From Octopus vulgaris (Eukaryota), in NCBI GenBank assembly GCA_951406725.2, contig OX597823.1, positions 33,790,001 through 33,854,000 of the forward strand: a stretch of 64,000 nucleotides of DNA, written 5' to 3'. The position numbers and the translations under genes are program-made. The first letter of the stretch is position 1; each line of letters opens with the position of its first letter. This document shows, one piece after another, positions 26,180 through 39,466 of this stretch. The notes below the pieces were generated by a model. That model saw nothing but the letters and a program-made list of their open reading frames with translations. It did no database searches and was not told the DNA's origin.

Positions 26180-26408
26180 GCACATGCATACATGTGTGTG
26201 TTTGTTGTGGAATGTGTAGCTTTTGTCTGTCCCAAGGAGTAATTAGTTCTGACACAGATCATCAGTTTACACAGATTGTAGATTTTACTCCATGATATCA
26301 ATGAACTCTTTACCGACTGACACGGGGTAGGTATGTAGATGGAAGTGATCCTCGCTTGATATGAACATATATGTGGGTGGGTGTGTCTCTTTCTCTCTCC
26401 CTCTCTCC

Positions 26409-26440
<32 letters not shown>

Positions 26441-26490
26441 ATATATATATATATAAAATACAAAATGGGAGCAGCATACATACACTTTGT

Positions 26491-26521
<31 letters not shown>

Positions 26522-26523
26522 GT

Positions 26524-26829
26524 GGAGGCGCAATGGCCCAGTGGTTAGGGCAGTGGACTCGCGGTTGTAGGATCGTGGTTTCGATTCCCAGACCGGCCGT
26601 TGTGAGTGTTTATTGAGCAAAAGCACCTAAAGCTCCACGAGGCTCCAGCAAGGGGTGGTGGTGATCTCTGCTGTACTCTTTCACCGTGACTTTCTCCCAC
26701 TCTTTCTTCTGTTGGCCTGCTCGCTTAGCCAGCGGGATGGCGTCATTTAAAGGCTAAAACAATGCGAAGCGCATTGTGACCAGCAATGTGTAGCAACATC
26801 TGATAGCCTGGTCGGTCATGGTGATCATG

Positions 26830-26832
<3 letters not shown>
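26524..26832 (+). mobile_element. tRNA-derived SINE family 4 inserted in (TA)n; second copy 30522-30829(-)
   Basis: GGAGGCGCAATGGCCCAGTGG A-box, GTTTCGATTCCC B-box; two near-identical full-length copies. Confidence 0.9.
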
Positions 26833-27230
<398 letters not shown>

Positions 27231-27382
27231 CTGTTGTGTCTAGGGAGAGTCAAAATTATTGAAAAGATTGTAAGATGCAAGGAAAATTTTAGAAAAATAA
27301 AATGAAATAAGTAGAAATTTTACCCATGTGTGTGTTAAATTATAAGGTACTAAAAGAGAATGACTCTCCCCAGACACAACAG
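27231..27382. mobile_element. Short inverted-repeat PLE-like tail family; also 61881-62018 and a fragment at 45921-45970
   Basis: CTGTTGTGTCTAGGGAGAGTCA / TGACTCTCCCCAGACACAACAG ends; internal degenerate UUGAAAA..GAAA HHR-like motif. Confidence 0.6.
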
Positions 27383-27437
27383 AATATGCTTCAACACACA
27401 AACTCACATAAAGAATCTTGCAAACCAAATCCCAAAA

Positions 27438-27498
<61 letters not shown>

Positions 27499-27965
27499 GG
27501 TGGTAGTTTTGGTGAAGCATTGTGAGGTATAACTAAAGAATGTAGAAATATAGAAATACAAAGTAAAACTGCAACTTTGTTTTGTTTTCTTTCCCTTTTG
27601 TTGTTTACTTTCTACCTTCTTGCCTTGACCCAGCCTTACACAACAAATCTCTTTAACATATGTCATCGTTGTTTAATGTCCACATTCCATGCTGGCATGG
27701 GTTGGATGGTTTGACTGAGGACTGGCAAGCCAGAAGGCTGCACCAGGCTCCAGTCTGATCTGGCAATGTTTCTACAGCTGGATGCTCTCCCAAACACCAA
27801 CCACTCTGAGAGTGTAGTGGGTGTTTTTTACATACCACCAGCACTGGCATCAACCACGTTTGAATTGTAATGGCCAAGCTGTTCATTTGGAACCATCAAT
27901 AATGTGTCGAGATGTTCCATACCATACTGCCTAAGACTTGCATCTTATTGAACATCATATGCTGG

Positions 27966-28000
<35 letters not shown>

Positions 28001-28918
28001 ACAGACAGTCAGACAGAGCTGTTCCAATGGGACAGACAATTAGGACAGTCATCCATAGTTATTAATGGCAGATGGAGGCCAAATGATTTCCTGTCTTACA
28101 CCCAGGCAGCCTGGGATCAATTCCCAGAATGGGGACGACAGTATTCTTTTAAAGGCACAGGCATTGCTATGTGGTAAGAAGTTTGCTTCCCAACGACATG
28201 GTTCCAGGTTCAGTCCCACTGCATGGCACTCAGGGCAAGTGTCTTCTACTATAGCCTTGGGTCAACCAAAGCCTTGTGAGTGGATGTAGTAGATGGAAAC
28301 TGAAAGAAGTCTGTCATATATATAAATGTGTGTGTGTTAGTGTTTGCATTTGTCCCCACCACTGTTTGACAACTGGTGTTGGTTTGTTTACTTTCCAGTA
28401 GCTTAGTGGTTCAGCAAAAGAGACCGATAGAATAATTACCAGGCTTAAATAAAACAAGTTTTGGGGTTGATTCGTTTGCTGCCCCAGTATGGCCACAATG
28501 AAATGGCTGAAACATGTAAAAGAGACATATATGTAGTAATGCTGCAATGTATGTATTTTTTATCTTTTACGTGTTTCAGTCATTAGACTACGGCTATGCT
28601 GGGGCACCACCTTGGAGGAATTTTAGCCGAATGAATCGACCTCAATGCCTCCTTTTTTAAGCCTTATACTTATTCTCTTGGTCTCTTTTGCTGAACCACT
28701 ATATGTATGTGTGTGTGTGTAGACATATTAAAAGTAAATAGACACCCTTGCCTAGTCTTGTTAATGCATTCTGCCCAAGGCATGTCTGTTAAATGCTAGA
28801 CTAAATGTTTTTAAATGCATCAAATGACATTATTTGGTTTCTAGAAATAAACCTTTCAAAAAAAAGATGGTGTCTGTTTATTTTGGAGATTTCTAGAAGT
28901 GTATGTATATATGTCTGT

Positions 28919-28963
<45 letters not shown>

Positions 28964-30482
28964 TGTGTGTGTTGCAAAAGTTAATGTAGGAGGAGGTGAT
29001 TAGGTGATTGAGTAATAGCTAATGTAATAATTACAATCTTTAACTATTACTACATTAATCAAGCGGAGTCAGTCAGGTGCCATGTTGTATTCTGTTCCAC
29101 AGGATCGTCTACCATTTTGCACTTTGTGGGTTCTTCATAGAATGAAGTCAGAATGACCTGACATTTCGACTGAAGCTGTCTGTGGGAGTGTTGTGAACAA
29201 AAACACATAACTAGAGTATTTATTGACTTAGAATTTGTAAACCATAAAAGATCTTTGTTTGGTTCTTTGTAAATATGATATTCAAGACTCGATTTTTGAA
29301 GTTCTCATCCTTCTTTCATCAAGTAATCATGGCCTCTGTTTATGAGGCTTCATCTGAATGTTGAAATAATGGTGCAATGTGAGTTTATATTAGGAAATAA
29401 ATGCTGGCTGTGTAGGTAAGAAGCTCACTTCTCAACCATGTGATCTTGGTTTCAGTCTCACTGCGTATCACCTTAGCCAAGTGTATTCTACTATAGCTCT
29501 GGGCCAACTAAAGCCTTGTGAGTGGATTTGTTAGATGGAAACTGTAAGAATCCCATCAACTATAAATATATATATTTGAATAGATCAGATAAAAGAAGGG
29601 AGGTGAGAGAACAGCTGTTTATTCTGTTTGTTTACAGTTGTTTCATAATATTGTTATTTACATAATTGGCATTACATCACCATCCACATGGATATAAGTA
29701 TAGACATAAAATATATAATAACATGTGTACACCTGAGGAGGAAGCTAACAGACAAATCTTCAGAATGATTCGTGGTAATCCGAAACACCAACTCTACATG
29801 TATGTATATGTGTACCCTTGTCTTGACACCATATGTTTGGTTGTAAATGAGCATTATCATTGTACGCATGAGCTTGTCCGCTTCCAGTATTTTGTGAAAA
29901 CATGTCTAGCAGTGGAAAATATTACTTTGCTCAGAAACAAGTGTGGGTTGGTGACAGGAACGGCATCCATCCAGCTATAGAAAATCTGCCTCAACGAATT
30001 CAATAGAAGTTACATGATGATGAAGTTATAAGAGTTAATGCCTTGTTTCCAGTTATTGATTTTTGGTTTGACATTGAGGGCTTCAGTGAACAAAAGTGTA
30101 TGTGACCAAATTTGTGTCATTCTTGTCTTCCTATGTGGCCATAAAAAGCAAGCCCTGATACCAAAGCTGGATGTGCTTTGTCAACGACTGGAAATAAGGG
30201 ACATTGATTATATGATTAATAACACTCATTTACAAATGTTGTGCAGTGTCAAGTCTTGAACACATACACACACATACATATAAGGCTCAAAATTATACAA
30301 AAAGACAAAAAACAACCGACAGAGAGAGGTGAGGGAACAACAAACAAGGTGTATTAGTTTGACACTTAGGAAAAATGGAAGAAGTCTTTGAGGTTTGAAG
30401 CCTATGCTCTTCTACAGAAAATTTTGTGGAGAAAAAATGGATGGAGAGCGTACAAATACATACATGTATGTGTGTGTGTATG

Positions 30483-30529
<47 letters not shown>

Positions 30530-30830
30530 ATCACGTGACCGACCAGACCATCAGATGTTGCTACACATCGCTGGTCACAATGCATTCGCATTGTTTTAGC
30601 CTTCGAATGACACCACCTCGCTGGCTAAGCGAGCAGGCTAACAGAAGAAAGAGTGAGAGAAATAGTGGTGAAGGAGTACAACAGGGATCACCCCCCCCCC
30701 CTGCCAGAGCCCTGTGGAGCTTTTAGGTGTTTTCGCTCAATAAACACACACAACGCCCGGTCTGGGGACCGAAACCGCGATCCTACAACTGCGAGTCCAC
30801 TGCCCTCACCACTGGGCCATTGCGCCTCCA

Positions 30831-30872
<42 letters not shown>

Positions 30873-30899
30873 AACACATACACACATATATATACATAT

Positions 30900-31229
30900 A
30901 AGTGCAGTCTTTGTGATATGGGAAGATGGCTCATCTGGAAAAGCAGCTTAGACCCCACCACATGTCTAAATTCAAGAACTGAACTTTTCGAGGAGCAATG
31001 CTTGTGGCAGGTCTTCCAGATTGCTCATTGTCTTCTGCTTTTGAAGTTCCCGTGGCACTTGAAACATTGCATACGACCCATTGCCTCATTGCCATAAGCT
31101 TGCCAAAGTATGCTCAATGTCTCTTTAGCAGACTTCTCATGTTCAGCATAAAATTTCACATTGACTCTTTGTTCCAACTTCCTGTCCATTACAAAGCTTG
31201 CAGACTGCATGTTCAATTCCAGGCAGTGA

Positions 31230-31291
<62 letters not shown>

Positions 31292-31647
31292 TTGAAAAAT
31301 ATCTTAGGAATGAGAACCCAAGTTCGAAATTTCTCCAATTCACCTGATGAAGGCTGGAGGGTATATCAGCCGAAACGTTGTGTTAACAACAAACAAGGTG
31401 AGGACAAATATCCATCAAATGTAAATAATGTACATAATTCCTCATCTCTTAAATATAGAACTATATTACACGTGATTACACGTGATTATAAAAACAAAAT
31501 TTTCACAACTTGCAAAGTAAACATAACACTGTCATTCAGCTCACTGCCTCATGTAAGTCACTGCTAGCTCTCTCTATGCATGCAACCATGTGCTGCCATC
31601 TGTTGGTACACAGGACAACTAGTCCAGGAATTTTTTGATACCACTTA
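30900..31647 (-). mobile_element. Mariner 5' fragment interrupted by the tRNA/HHR element
   Basis: MDRKLEQRVNVKFY..AKETLSILWQAYGNEAMGR HTH; TIR-like end near 31647. Confidence 0.75.
31208..31462 (+). mobile_element. tRNA-head/hammerhead element copy 3, 5'-truncated at the B-box; HHR at 31341-31384 has an intact core
   Basis: CAC-CUGAUGA-A-GGCUG GAGGGUAUAU CAGCC-GAAA-CG-UU-GUG. Confidence 0.88.
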
Positions 31648-31653
31648 GTATGC

Positions 31654-31706
<53 letters not shown>

Positions 31707-31872
31707 TCTAGGCATGGCTGTGTGGTAAGTAGCTTGCTTACCAACCACATGATTCCAGGTTCAGTGGGACTGAACCTGGAATTTGCACCTTGGGCAAATG
31801 TCTTCTACTATAGCCTCGGGTTGACCAAAGCCTTGTCAGTGGATTTAGTAGACGGAAACTGAAAGAAGTCCA

Positions 31873-31911
<39 letters not shown>

Positions 31912-32811
31912 CATATACATACATCATCATCATCATCATTTAATGTATGCTTTCCATGCTAGCATGGGTTGGACGATTTGACTGAGGACTGGCGAACCAG
32001 ATGGCTGCAACATGCTATAATCTTGATCTGGCAGAGTTTCTACAGCTGGATGCCCTTCCTTATGCCAACTACTCCTAGAGTATAGTGGGTGCTTTTACGT
32101 GCCACTGGCACGAGGGCCAGTCAAGTGGTACTGGCAATGGCCACACCCAAATGGTGTTTTTTTATGTGTCACCTACACACCATCACAAGTGCCAGTAAGG
32201 CGATGTGGTAATGATCATGCTCGAATGGTGCATTTTATGTGCCACCAGCATGGACGCCAGTTAGCCACTCTGACAACAATCATGCTCAGATGGTGCTCTT
32301 AGTGCTCCACTAACATGGATGCCAGTCATCAAATTTGATTTCAATTTCACTTGTCTTAACAGGTCTTCACAAGCAGTGTCCAATGAAGGAAAGGTATGCA
32401 TAAGTGGGCTGGTTAGATATATATGTGTGTGTGTATGTGTATGTTTGTGTGTGTGTGTTTGTCCCTCCACCATCGCTTGACAACTGATGCAGGTGTGTTT
32501 ACGTCCCTGTAACATAGCAGTTCAACAAGAGAGACTGATAGAATAAGTACTAGGCTTACAAAGAATGAGTTCTGGGGTTAATTTGTTTGACTAAAGATGG
32601 TGCTCCTGCATGGCCACAGTCAAAAAAAAGAATAGTGTAAACATATTTAGTAGTTATAGTAACTGACTAAGGGATATAATATCTGTATATACTATCGGTA
32701 TTCATTACCCATATGATCCCCGGGGCATTGCTGTGCAGGCACACTATACACATAGAGTGCAGGTAATAACCAAGGTAATAAACAAGAGTTTAGCAGGAAA
32801 CAAATGCAAAT

Positions 32812-33023
32812 AATCAGAAAATGGAGAAAACCTCAGATTAACAAGCACATCAATTGGACCACATTTATAGCTTATTTATTAACAGAAAGCAGGACATAAC
32901 AAAATAGGTGACATATATGTTTTGTCACCTGTTTGTTATGTCATGCTTTGTATTAAAAAATATGCTGTAAATGTGGTCCAATTGATGTGTTTGTTAATCT
33001 GTGGTTTTCTCTATTTTCAGTTT
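32812..33023. repeat. Fold-back element with ~100-bp arms
   Basis: CAGATTAACAAGCACATCAATTGGACCACATTTA mirrored by TAAATGTGGTCCAATTGATGTGTTTGTTAATCTG. Confidence 0.85.
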
Positions 33024-33026
33024 ATA

Positions 33027-33073
<47 letters not shown>

Positions 33074-33074
33074 A

Positions 33075-33123
<49 letters not shown>

Positions 33124-33208
33124 CACCAGGTGGTGCTATTAAGTTAGACATGGCCTGGGCCAATAATGGCTGAAACCTATCAAAGTATCAAAGTATAAAG
33201 TATATATA

Positions 33209-33707
33209 TCTATATATATAAAACTGTAGTTGTGTGAGTGTCTGTCCCCTTCGATTTAGATTCCTAACTACTCCCACATTTTGCAGTGCAGTTTAACCAA
33301 ATTCGGGTATCTTATAGTTGTGATTCATATCGAGCCCGTCTGAGTATTAGCGCGCATCTACGATGAGTCTACGATTTAAAAAATAATTTAACAAAATTTT
33401 TTATTCCATTTTAATGCATAATTTTTCGTGTGTCGATGGCGTCCATGGTCACACCTGCACCCGTTTGCTTCTCCCCCTTCTTCCCTCCCTCGTGAAGCTG
33501 TGGGGAAGGGAGTGTAAGGAAATCAACGTCGTAAAGCGTTGTCAAGGAGACCAGCGCTCTTTTAGAACAACGACTTCATGGCTTGAAGACACCAAAACAG
33601 AAATGGCTAAGAAAGCCCGAATTGGCATCTATAAGGGAAGTAACTCTCTAAAAATGCTAATATAGTTATTTCCCTTTAAACCCAAGCAACGCCGGGCGAT
33701 ACTGCTA

Positions 33708-33708
<1 letters not shown>
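33209..33708 (+). mobile_element. Non-autonomous Helitron
   Basis: A|TC start, subterminal GC-rich hairpin-like CCCAAGCAACGCCGGG, CTAG|T end, no TSD. Confidence 0.75.
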
Positions 33709-33778
<70 letters not shown>

Positions 33779-33892
33779 GCAAAAGAGGGAGTGGTGTTTC
33801 CATGCAGGAAAAAATATAGGAAAATGTGTTATTGAAAATGCGCTTAAATTTCAAAAGCTCATAAATGTTTAAAATACATTTATTTACATATA

Positions 33893-33934
33893 TACCAAAC
33901 TAGTTTCAACAATATTTTCTGTTTATCAATGGTA
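33893..33934 (-). ncRNA. Minimal hammerhead, U3:A8 core variant
   Basis: UACCA-UUGAUAA-ACAG..UUGUU-GAAA-CUAG-UU-UGGUA: perfect stem I, palindromic stem III ACUAGU. Confidence 0.65.
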
Positions 33935-34491
33935 AAAGTGTAAAATTAGAAAAACATCAATATAAGTTTCAATGTTGACAAATCAAAATGTTTCAATTTT
34001 GATAAACTGAAATGTTTCTATATTGTTAAATTAAAATGTTTCAATGTTGATAAATCATGTTCAAAACATACATAAATACACACAAACACAGATGCGCACA
34101 CATACATACACACAAACACAGACGCGCACACATACATACACACATACACGCACACATACATACGTATGCATACGTACATTCATACATACATACAGAGAGA
34201 CATGCACACATACTTAAATATGCATATGTACATACATATATACATACACAGAGACACGCATATATACACATGCATATGTACATACATACATACATACATA
34301 CATAGAGACATGCACACATACAAACACATGCATATATACATACATACACATGCATACGTACATACCTACATACATACATACATACATTGTGCATCTGATG
34401 CCAGCATGGAAAACAGACATTAAGTGATGATGATGATGATATATACACATACATGCACATGCACGCACACGTACACACACACACACAGATG

Positions 34492-34662
34492 GTGCAGGAA
34501 TAGCTGTATGGTAAGAAGCTTGCTTCCTAACCACATGGTTCCAGGTTCAGTCCCACTGCATGGCATCTTTGGCAAGTGCCTTCTACTGTAGCCTCGGGCC
34601 AACCAAAGCCTTGTGAGTGGATTTGGTAGATGGAAACTGAAAGAATCCCTTCTTCGTATATA

Positions 34663-34701
<39 letters not shown>

Positions 34702-34758
34702 ACGTATGTATGTATACATGCATATATATATATATATATATGTATATGTATATATGTA

Positions 34759-34855
<97 letters not shown>

Positions 34856-35080
34856 GTATATATATATATATGTGTGTGTTTGTGTGTTTGTGTTATTCCC
34901 CCCAACATCGCCTGACAACCAATGTTGGTGTGTTTATGTCCCTGTAACTTAGTATTTTGGCAAAAGAAACTGGTAGAATAAGTACTAGTCTTGCAAAGAA
35001 GAAGTCCTGGGGCGATTTGTTTCACTAAAGGTGGTGCTCCAGCATGGCCACAATTATATGACTGAAACAAATAAAAGAAT
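34492..35080 (+). mobile_element. tRNA-derived SINE family 2 (head, internal microsatellite, CR1-like tail). Other copies or parts at about 5370-5680(-), 18845-19005(-), 24255-24640(-), 28156-28525(+), 28560-28700(-), 29400-29556(+), 31705-32625(+, split), 39190-39630(-), 45200-45740(+), 59340-59490(-)
   Basis: GCTGTGTGGTAAGAAG..GGTTCAGTCCC head, CCTTGGGCAAGTGTCTT domain, tail GGTGCTCCAGCATGGCCAC..GACTGAAAC. Confidence 0.88.
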
Positions 35081-35110
35081 AGAAGAATATATATATATTT
35101 ATAATTTTCA

Positions 35111-35203
35111 TTTCTATATTTAAGAGATGAGGAATTATATACATTATTTACGGGCATTTGGTGTAGTGGTTAAGAGCACTGAATAATAATAATAATAATA
35201 ATG

Positions 35204-35270
<67 letters not shown>

Positions 35271-35452
35271 TGATGATGATGATGATAATAACATCAAAGA
35301 ATACCTTAGGAATGAGAACCAAGGTTCAAAATTTCCCCAAGACACCTGATGAAGGCTGGAGGGTATATCAGCTGAAACGGTGTGTTAACAACAAACAAGG
35401 TGAGGACAAATATCCGGCAAATGTAAATAATGTAAATAATGTATATATAATG
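35111..35452 (+). mobile_element. tRNA-head/hammerhead element copy 4, with its own 3' tail inverted at the 5' end
   Basis: 35111-35150 is the reverse complement of the family tail; partial head GTAGTGGTTAAGAGC; HHR 35341-35386 with U16.1 mutated. Confidence 0.85.
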
Positions 35453-36602
35453 TTGTAGATTTATAGAATACATACATAAATGTGTGTATATTATTTAAGG
35501 AATATATATTTTCGTAAGCAGACATATATATATGAATCTTATTGTTTAATCAAATATTATTCTTTGATTTTATTCAAGATCAATAGTGAAATGCATGACC
35601 CCCTTCCCTCCTACCTTACTACTTAGGAAGAGGTACCAAACACAGCCCCATCTTACCATTGGAAACTCAATAATACCAGACAAAATTGACCTTGATGGGA
35701 TTTGAAACCAAAATACTGAGTTGTGAAACTGAATCTGATAATATATTTCATCTGGAATTCCAGTGTTTCTGCTCGGTTACCACTTTCGTGATATTAATAT
35801 AGCAACACATCTCAGAAATTTAGAGTTGTAAAAAAAGCGAAAAAAAAATCTGGCGGGGGGGGAAACTCCTACCGACTGTTAGATTTGCAGAACAGCACAT
35901 CTCACATGCTGGCATCGGTGCCTTATCAAAATATTGTCTTCAATGCATTAATACCTGAATTTATTGGCTGAGAAAGAATTTCAGCTGCTTTTAATTAAGG
36001 TGATAGTGCATAGTGTGGAAGCCACATCAGCAACTTCAGACATTTTATCAAGAAAATAATATCTTTTCAGGGAGATGAGATCTTTGAAGAATTCAGCAGA
36101 GAAAGTGAGGGGGGGAGGTAAGAGAGAAGGGGTGGTGAGAGAGAGAGAGAAAGAGACTCATTGCAGACATACAAGTGTATTAATTTAGAAAGAACAGCAT
36201 GAAGAAGTTTGTTGTAATATATGTCAACTACGATTAAATTACTAGTGAAGGGCAACAGTATTTTGCTTTACATATGTGTAACTTCACTAACTTGGCTTTT
36301 ATAAATGTCAGTTTAACTTCATACAATAGTTTCATAATTAACACACACACACACACACACATGCGCGCAAACATATATACATGTGTAATTATATATATAT
36401 ATATATATATGTATATCTATCTATCTATCTGTTGTTTGTCTATCTCTCTCCGTCTCTCTCTGTCTCTCTCTGTCTCTCTCTCTCTATATATATAAATTTA
36501 AATAATGAGGGTGATAATTTGAATATTAATTTAATTAACATCAATTTAAAGCCAGTGGCCTAGCATATAGAAAAATCTGAACATTCAGAAAAATTGTATT
36601 AC

Positions 36603-36845
36603 ATGCGTATAAGAAGGATGACCACTAAGTGGACATCCAATATGCTAGAAATAGATCACCTATGATCTAACCACAAAGAAAAGAATGTTCTCCAGAAAAA
36701 TTCTGCAAACACCAGAATGTAAGCTTATGTTCTGGTGTTTGCTGAATTTTTCTGAAGAACATTATTTTCTTTGTGGTTAGATCGTAGGTGATCTATTTCT
36801 AGCATATGGATGTCCACTTAGTGATCATCCTTTCTTATACGCATA
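36603..36845. repeat. Near-perfect palindrome centred on AAGCTT (36721-36726), carrying the GCTAGAAATAG motif in each arm
   Basis: Arms of about 120 bp read as reverse complements. Confidence 0.9.
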
Positions 36846-37814
36846 TATAAATATATTTGAGTGTGTATGTATATATATATATATATTAGAAGGTATAGAG
36901 ATGATGTACAGGTATTATATATTAGAAGAAATGAGGTACTCGGAAATCTGGATGGTTTTATATTTACAGATATTTATTAGTATGTTACATGTTTTTATAA
37001 GTCATATATCATATATTAGCGCTTATATTAGTGGAGTTGTCAAATTGAACTTTTGCAGGAATTTTGTCTCTTTTTATAGTATTATTGAGTGTGTAGGGGT
37101 GGGGAGAGATATAAGATAGTACAAGAGGTTGAGGAGTGGGGAGAAAGTGAGAGAGAGAGAGTGTGTGTGTGTGTGTTTGTATCTGAAAGGTGTGTTGAAG
37201 AGAAAGAAAGGAAGAAGAAGGAGAGAAAGAAGAAAAAATTTGTTGATATCTTTGCAGCTGGTCAGTCTTTCAATAGTAAATGATTCTTGGTTTTTAGAAA
37301 TAGCAAATCCAGCTGGTCAGTCTTTCAATAGTAAATGATTGTTGGCTTTTAGAAATGGGAAGCCCAGCTGGTCACTTCAATGGGGGCAAAATATCACTTC
37401 TCAAAAAATTGTCTGGATTTCTTTTAATCATTGTTTTGTGAGAGAGGGAGAGAGTGTGTGTGTGTATGTGCGCACTTGTGTGTGTGGGTGCCTGTGTATC
37501 TGAAAGGGGTGTCGATGGAGAAGAGAAGAAAGACGAAAGAGAGGAAGAAGAAATAATTGTGTTGACAATTTATACCACTGTTCAGTTCTTTCAATTCAAT
37601 ATGTGATTCCTGTGCTGATAAGGGTTGGGGAATCTGGATGAAAGATTGTTTTTATTTATGTTTTTATTTTACATATGTGTAGTACTGTGTGTGTGTGTGT
37701 GTGTGTGTGTTTAATACAATTCACTTTACAAAATTGGTCCTTCATCTAGTACAAATTATCATAGAAATATTTTCGGCCATTCAATTCGGGGAAGAACTTT
37801 GTTATGAAGTATTT

Positions 37815-38690
37815 TTTTTCTCTAGTTTCAGCTCAGAGCTGTGGCCATGCTGATGCACCGCCGTTTTGCTACACTGTTATTACTAAGAGCCTCCTCTAAT
37901 ATGTGGCACTTGGTGAAGCGTGGAGTTTGATATAGCTACCCTCATTTTCACCTCTTGCCATGAGGTAGGTTCATCTGGGACTCTCGACAGGAAGAGGTCC
38001 AGCTTTGATTTAAAAACCCCTACATATACTTTGTGCAAGTTTCTCAGACTCTTTGGGAGAATATTAAAAGCTATGGGCCCTAGAAACCCAGGCTATTGCA
38101 GTAACTGGTCCTGAAGCGTGATGGCATTGCTGGGACCTTTGGCACTATGCAGTATTGACCCGTTCTGGCATTGGTGTAGCTTTCAATGCCAAAATTTGAC
38201 ACAATTCCTTCCAGGATCTTCCAGATATATTTTACTGCATACCTCTCCCGTCTTCTCTCCAGGGAGTAGAGTCTTAACTGTTTCAACCTTTCCCAGTAGC
38301 TGAGCTGCTGCAAAGAGACGATCTTCTTTATGAATCTTCTCTGGATTGCTTCAAGATCCGCTGTTAATTTCACACAGGTAGGTGACCATAGCTGTGAGCA
38401 GTAATCTAGGTGGCTGAGGACGAATGTCTGCCAGAGGACCATCATGGTTTCCTTATCTCTGGTTCTGAATGTTCTTAGGATCCATCCAGCCAGTCGTCTG
38501 CACTTTGCCGCCATCCTGGTAATGTGCACCAGGAAAGAGGTATCATCACTCATGTCGATAACCAGGTCCCTCACTGACTTAGGCTCTTGGATTGAAATTT
38601 CCTGTGAACTGGTGGACCCTGTAAGTTTCATATTCAGTTTTGGATGCTGGTAGCACAGTGCTTGGAATTTTTCAGCATTAAGCTGCATTT
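37815..38690 (-). mobile_element. CR1-clade LINE 3' portion
   Basis: QLNAEKFQ..VRDL..WILRTFRTRD..SHLDYCSQLWSP..LSYWERLKQLRLYSLERRRERY; tail GGCGGTGCATCAGCATGGCCACAG..CTGAAAC. Confidence 0.92.
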
Positions 38691-39419
38691 ACAGTTCAAC
38701 TTGCCTGAAGAACCTGTGCACCCATAGGTGAAACTCGCAGTAGCAAGACATTGACTCAACCAAAATAAAAACTATATACAAACCGTCCTAACCATGCAAG
38801 CATGAATCATGGGGGATAAATGATGATAATGATATATTGATAAATCTATATATATATATACATATATATAAAGGAGGAATGAATGTAAAAAATATATTAG
38901 GCAGGATATATCTTAAACAATTCAAAATTATTTACGAATATATCAGTGGCCAGAACATGCTATCAAAAAATTCTTTCGTAAAAGCAAAGTGTATAATTGT
39001 GAATAAATCACAATTATAATGGAGAGGGTTATAAAAACCCTTACATGGCTAGAAATAGCAGTCAAAACTGCTATAATGACACTATAATCACTTATATTAA
39101 ATCCCCTCGACAATAAAAGCTGTCGGTGAGTGACATGACACAAAAATTTAAAATTTAAATAAAAGTAATATATATGTGTGTGTGTATTTTTTCTTTACTT
39201 GTCCTTTGACTGTAGCCATGCTGGAGCACTGCCTTGAACAGTTTTTACTTGAACAAATTGACACGGGGACTTTTTTTTTAAAGCCTAGTTCTTATTCTAT
39301 TGGTCTCTTTTGCTGAACCACTATGTTACTGGGATGTAAAGACATCAACACTGATTATCAATCAGTGATGGTGGGGTGGGGGGCTAACTCAAAGACATAC
39401 ACAAAAATACAAACATATA

Positions 39420-39466
<47 letters not shown>

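Noticed and set aside
36071-36117. Plus-strand micro-exon between TTTTCAG and GTAAGA
   Set aside because: Too short to support without transcripts and it runs into a purine-rich low-complexity tract
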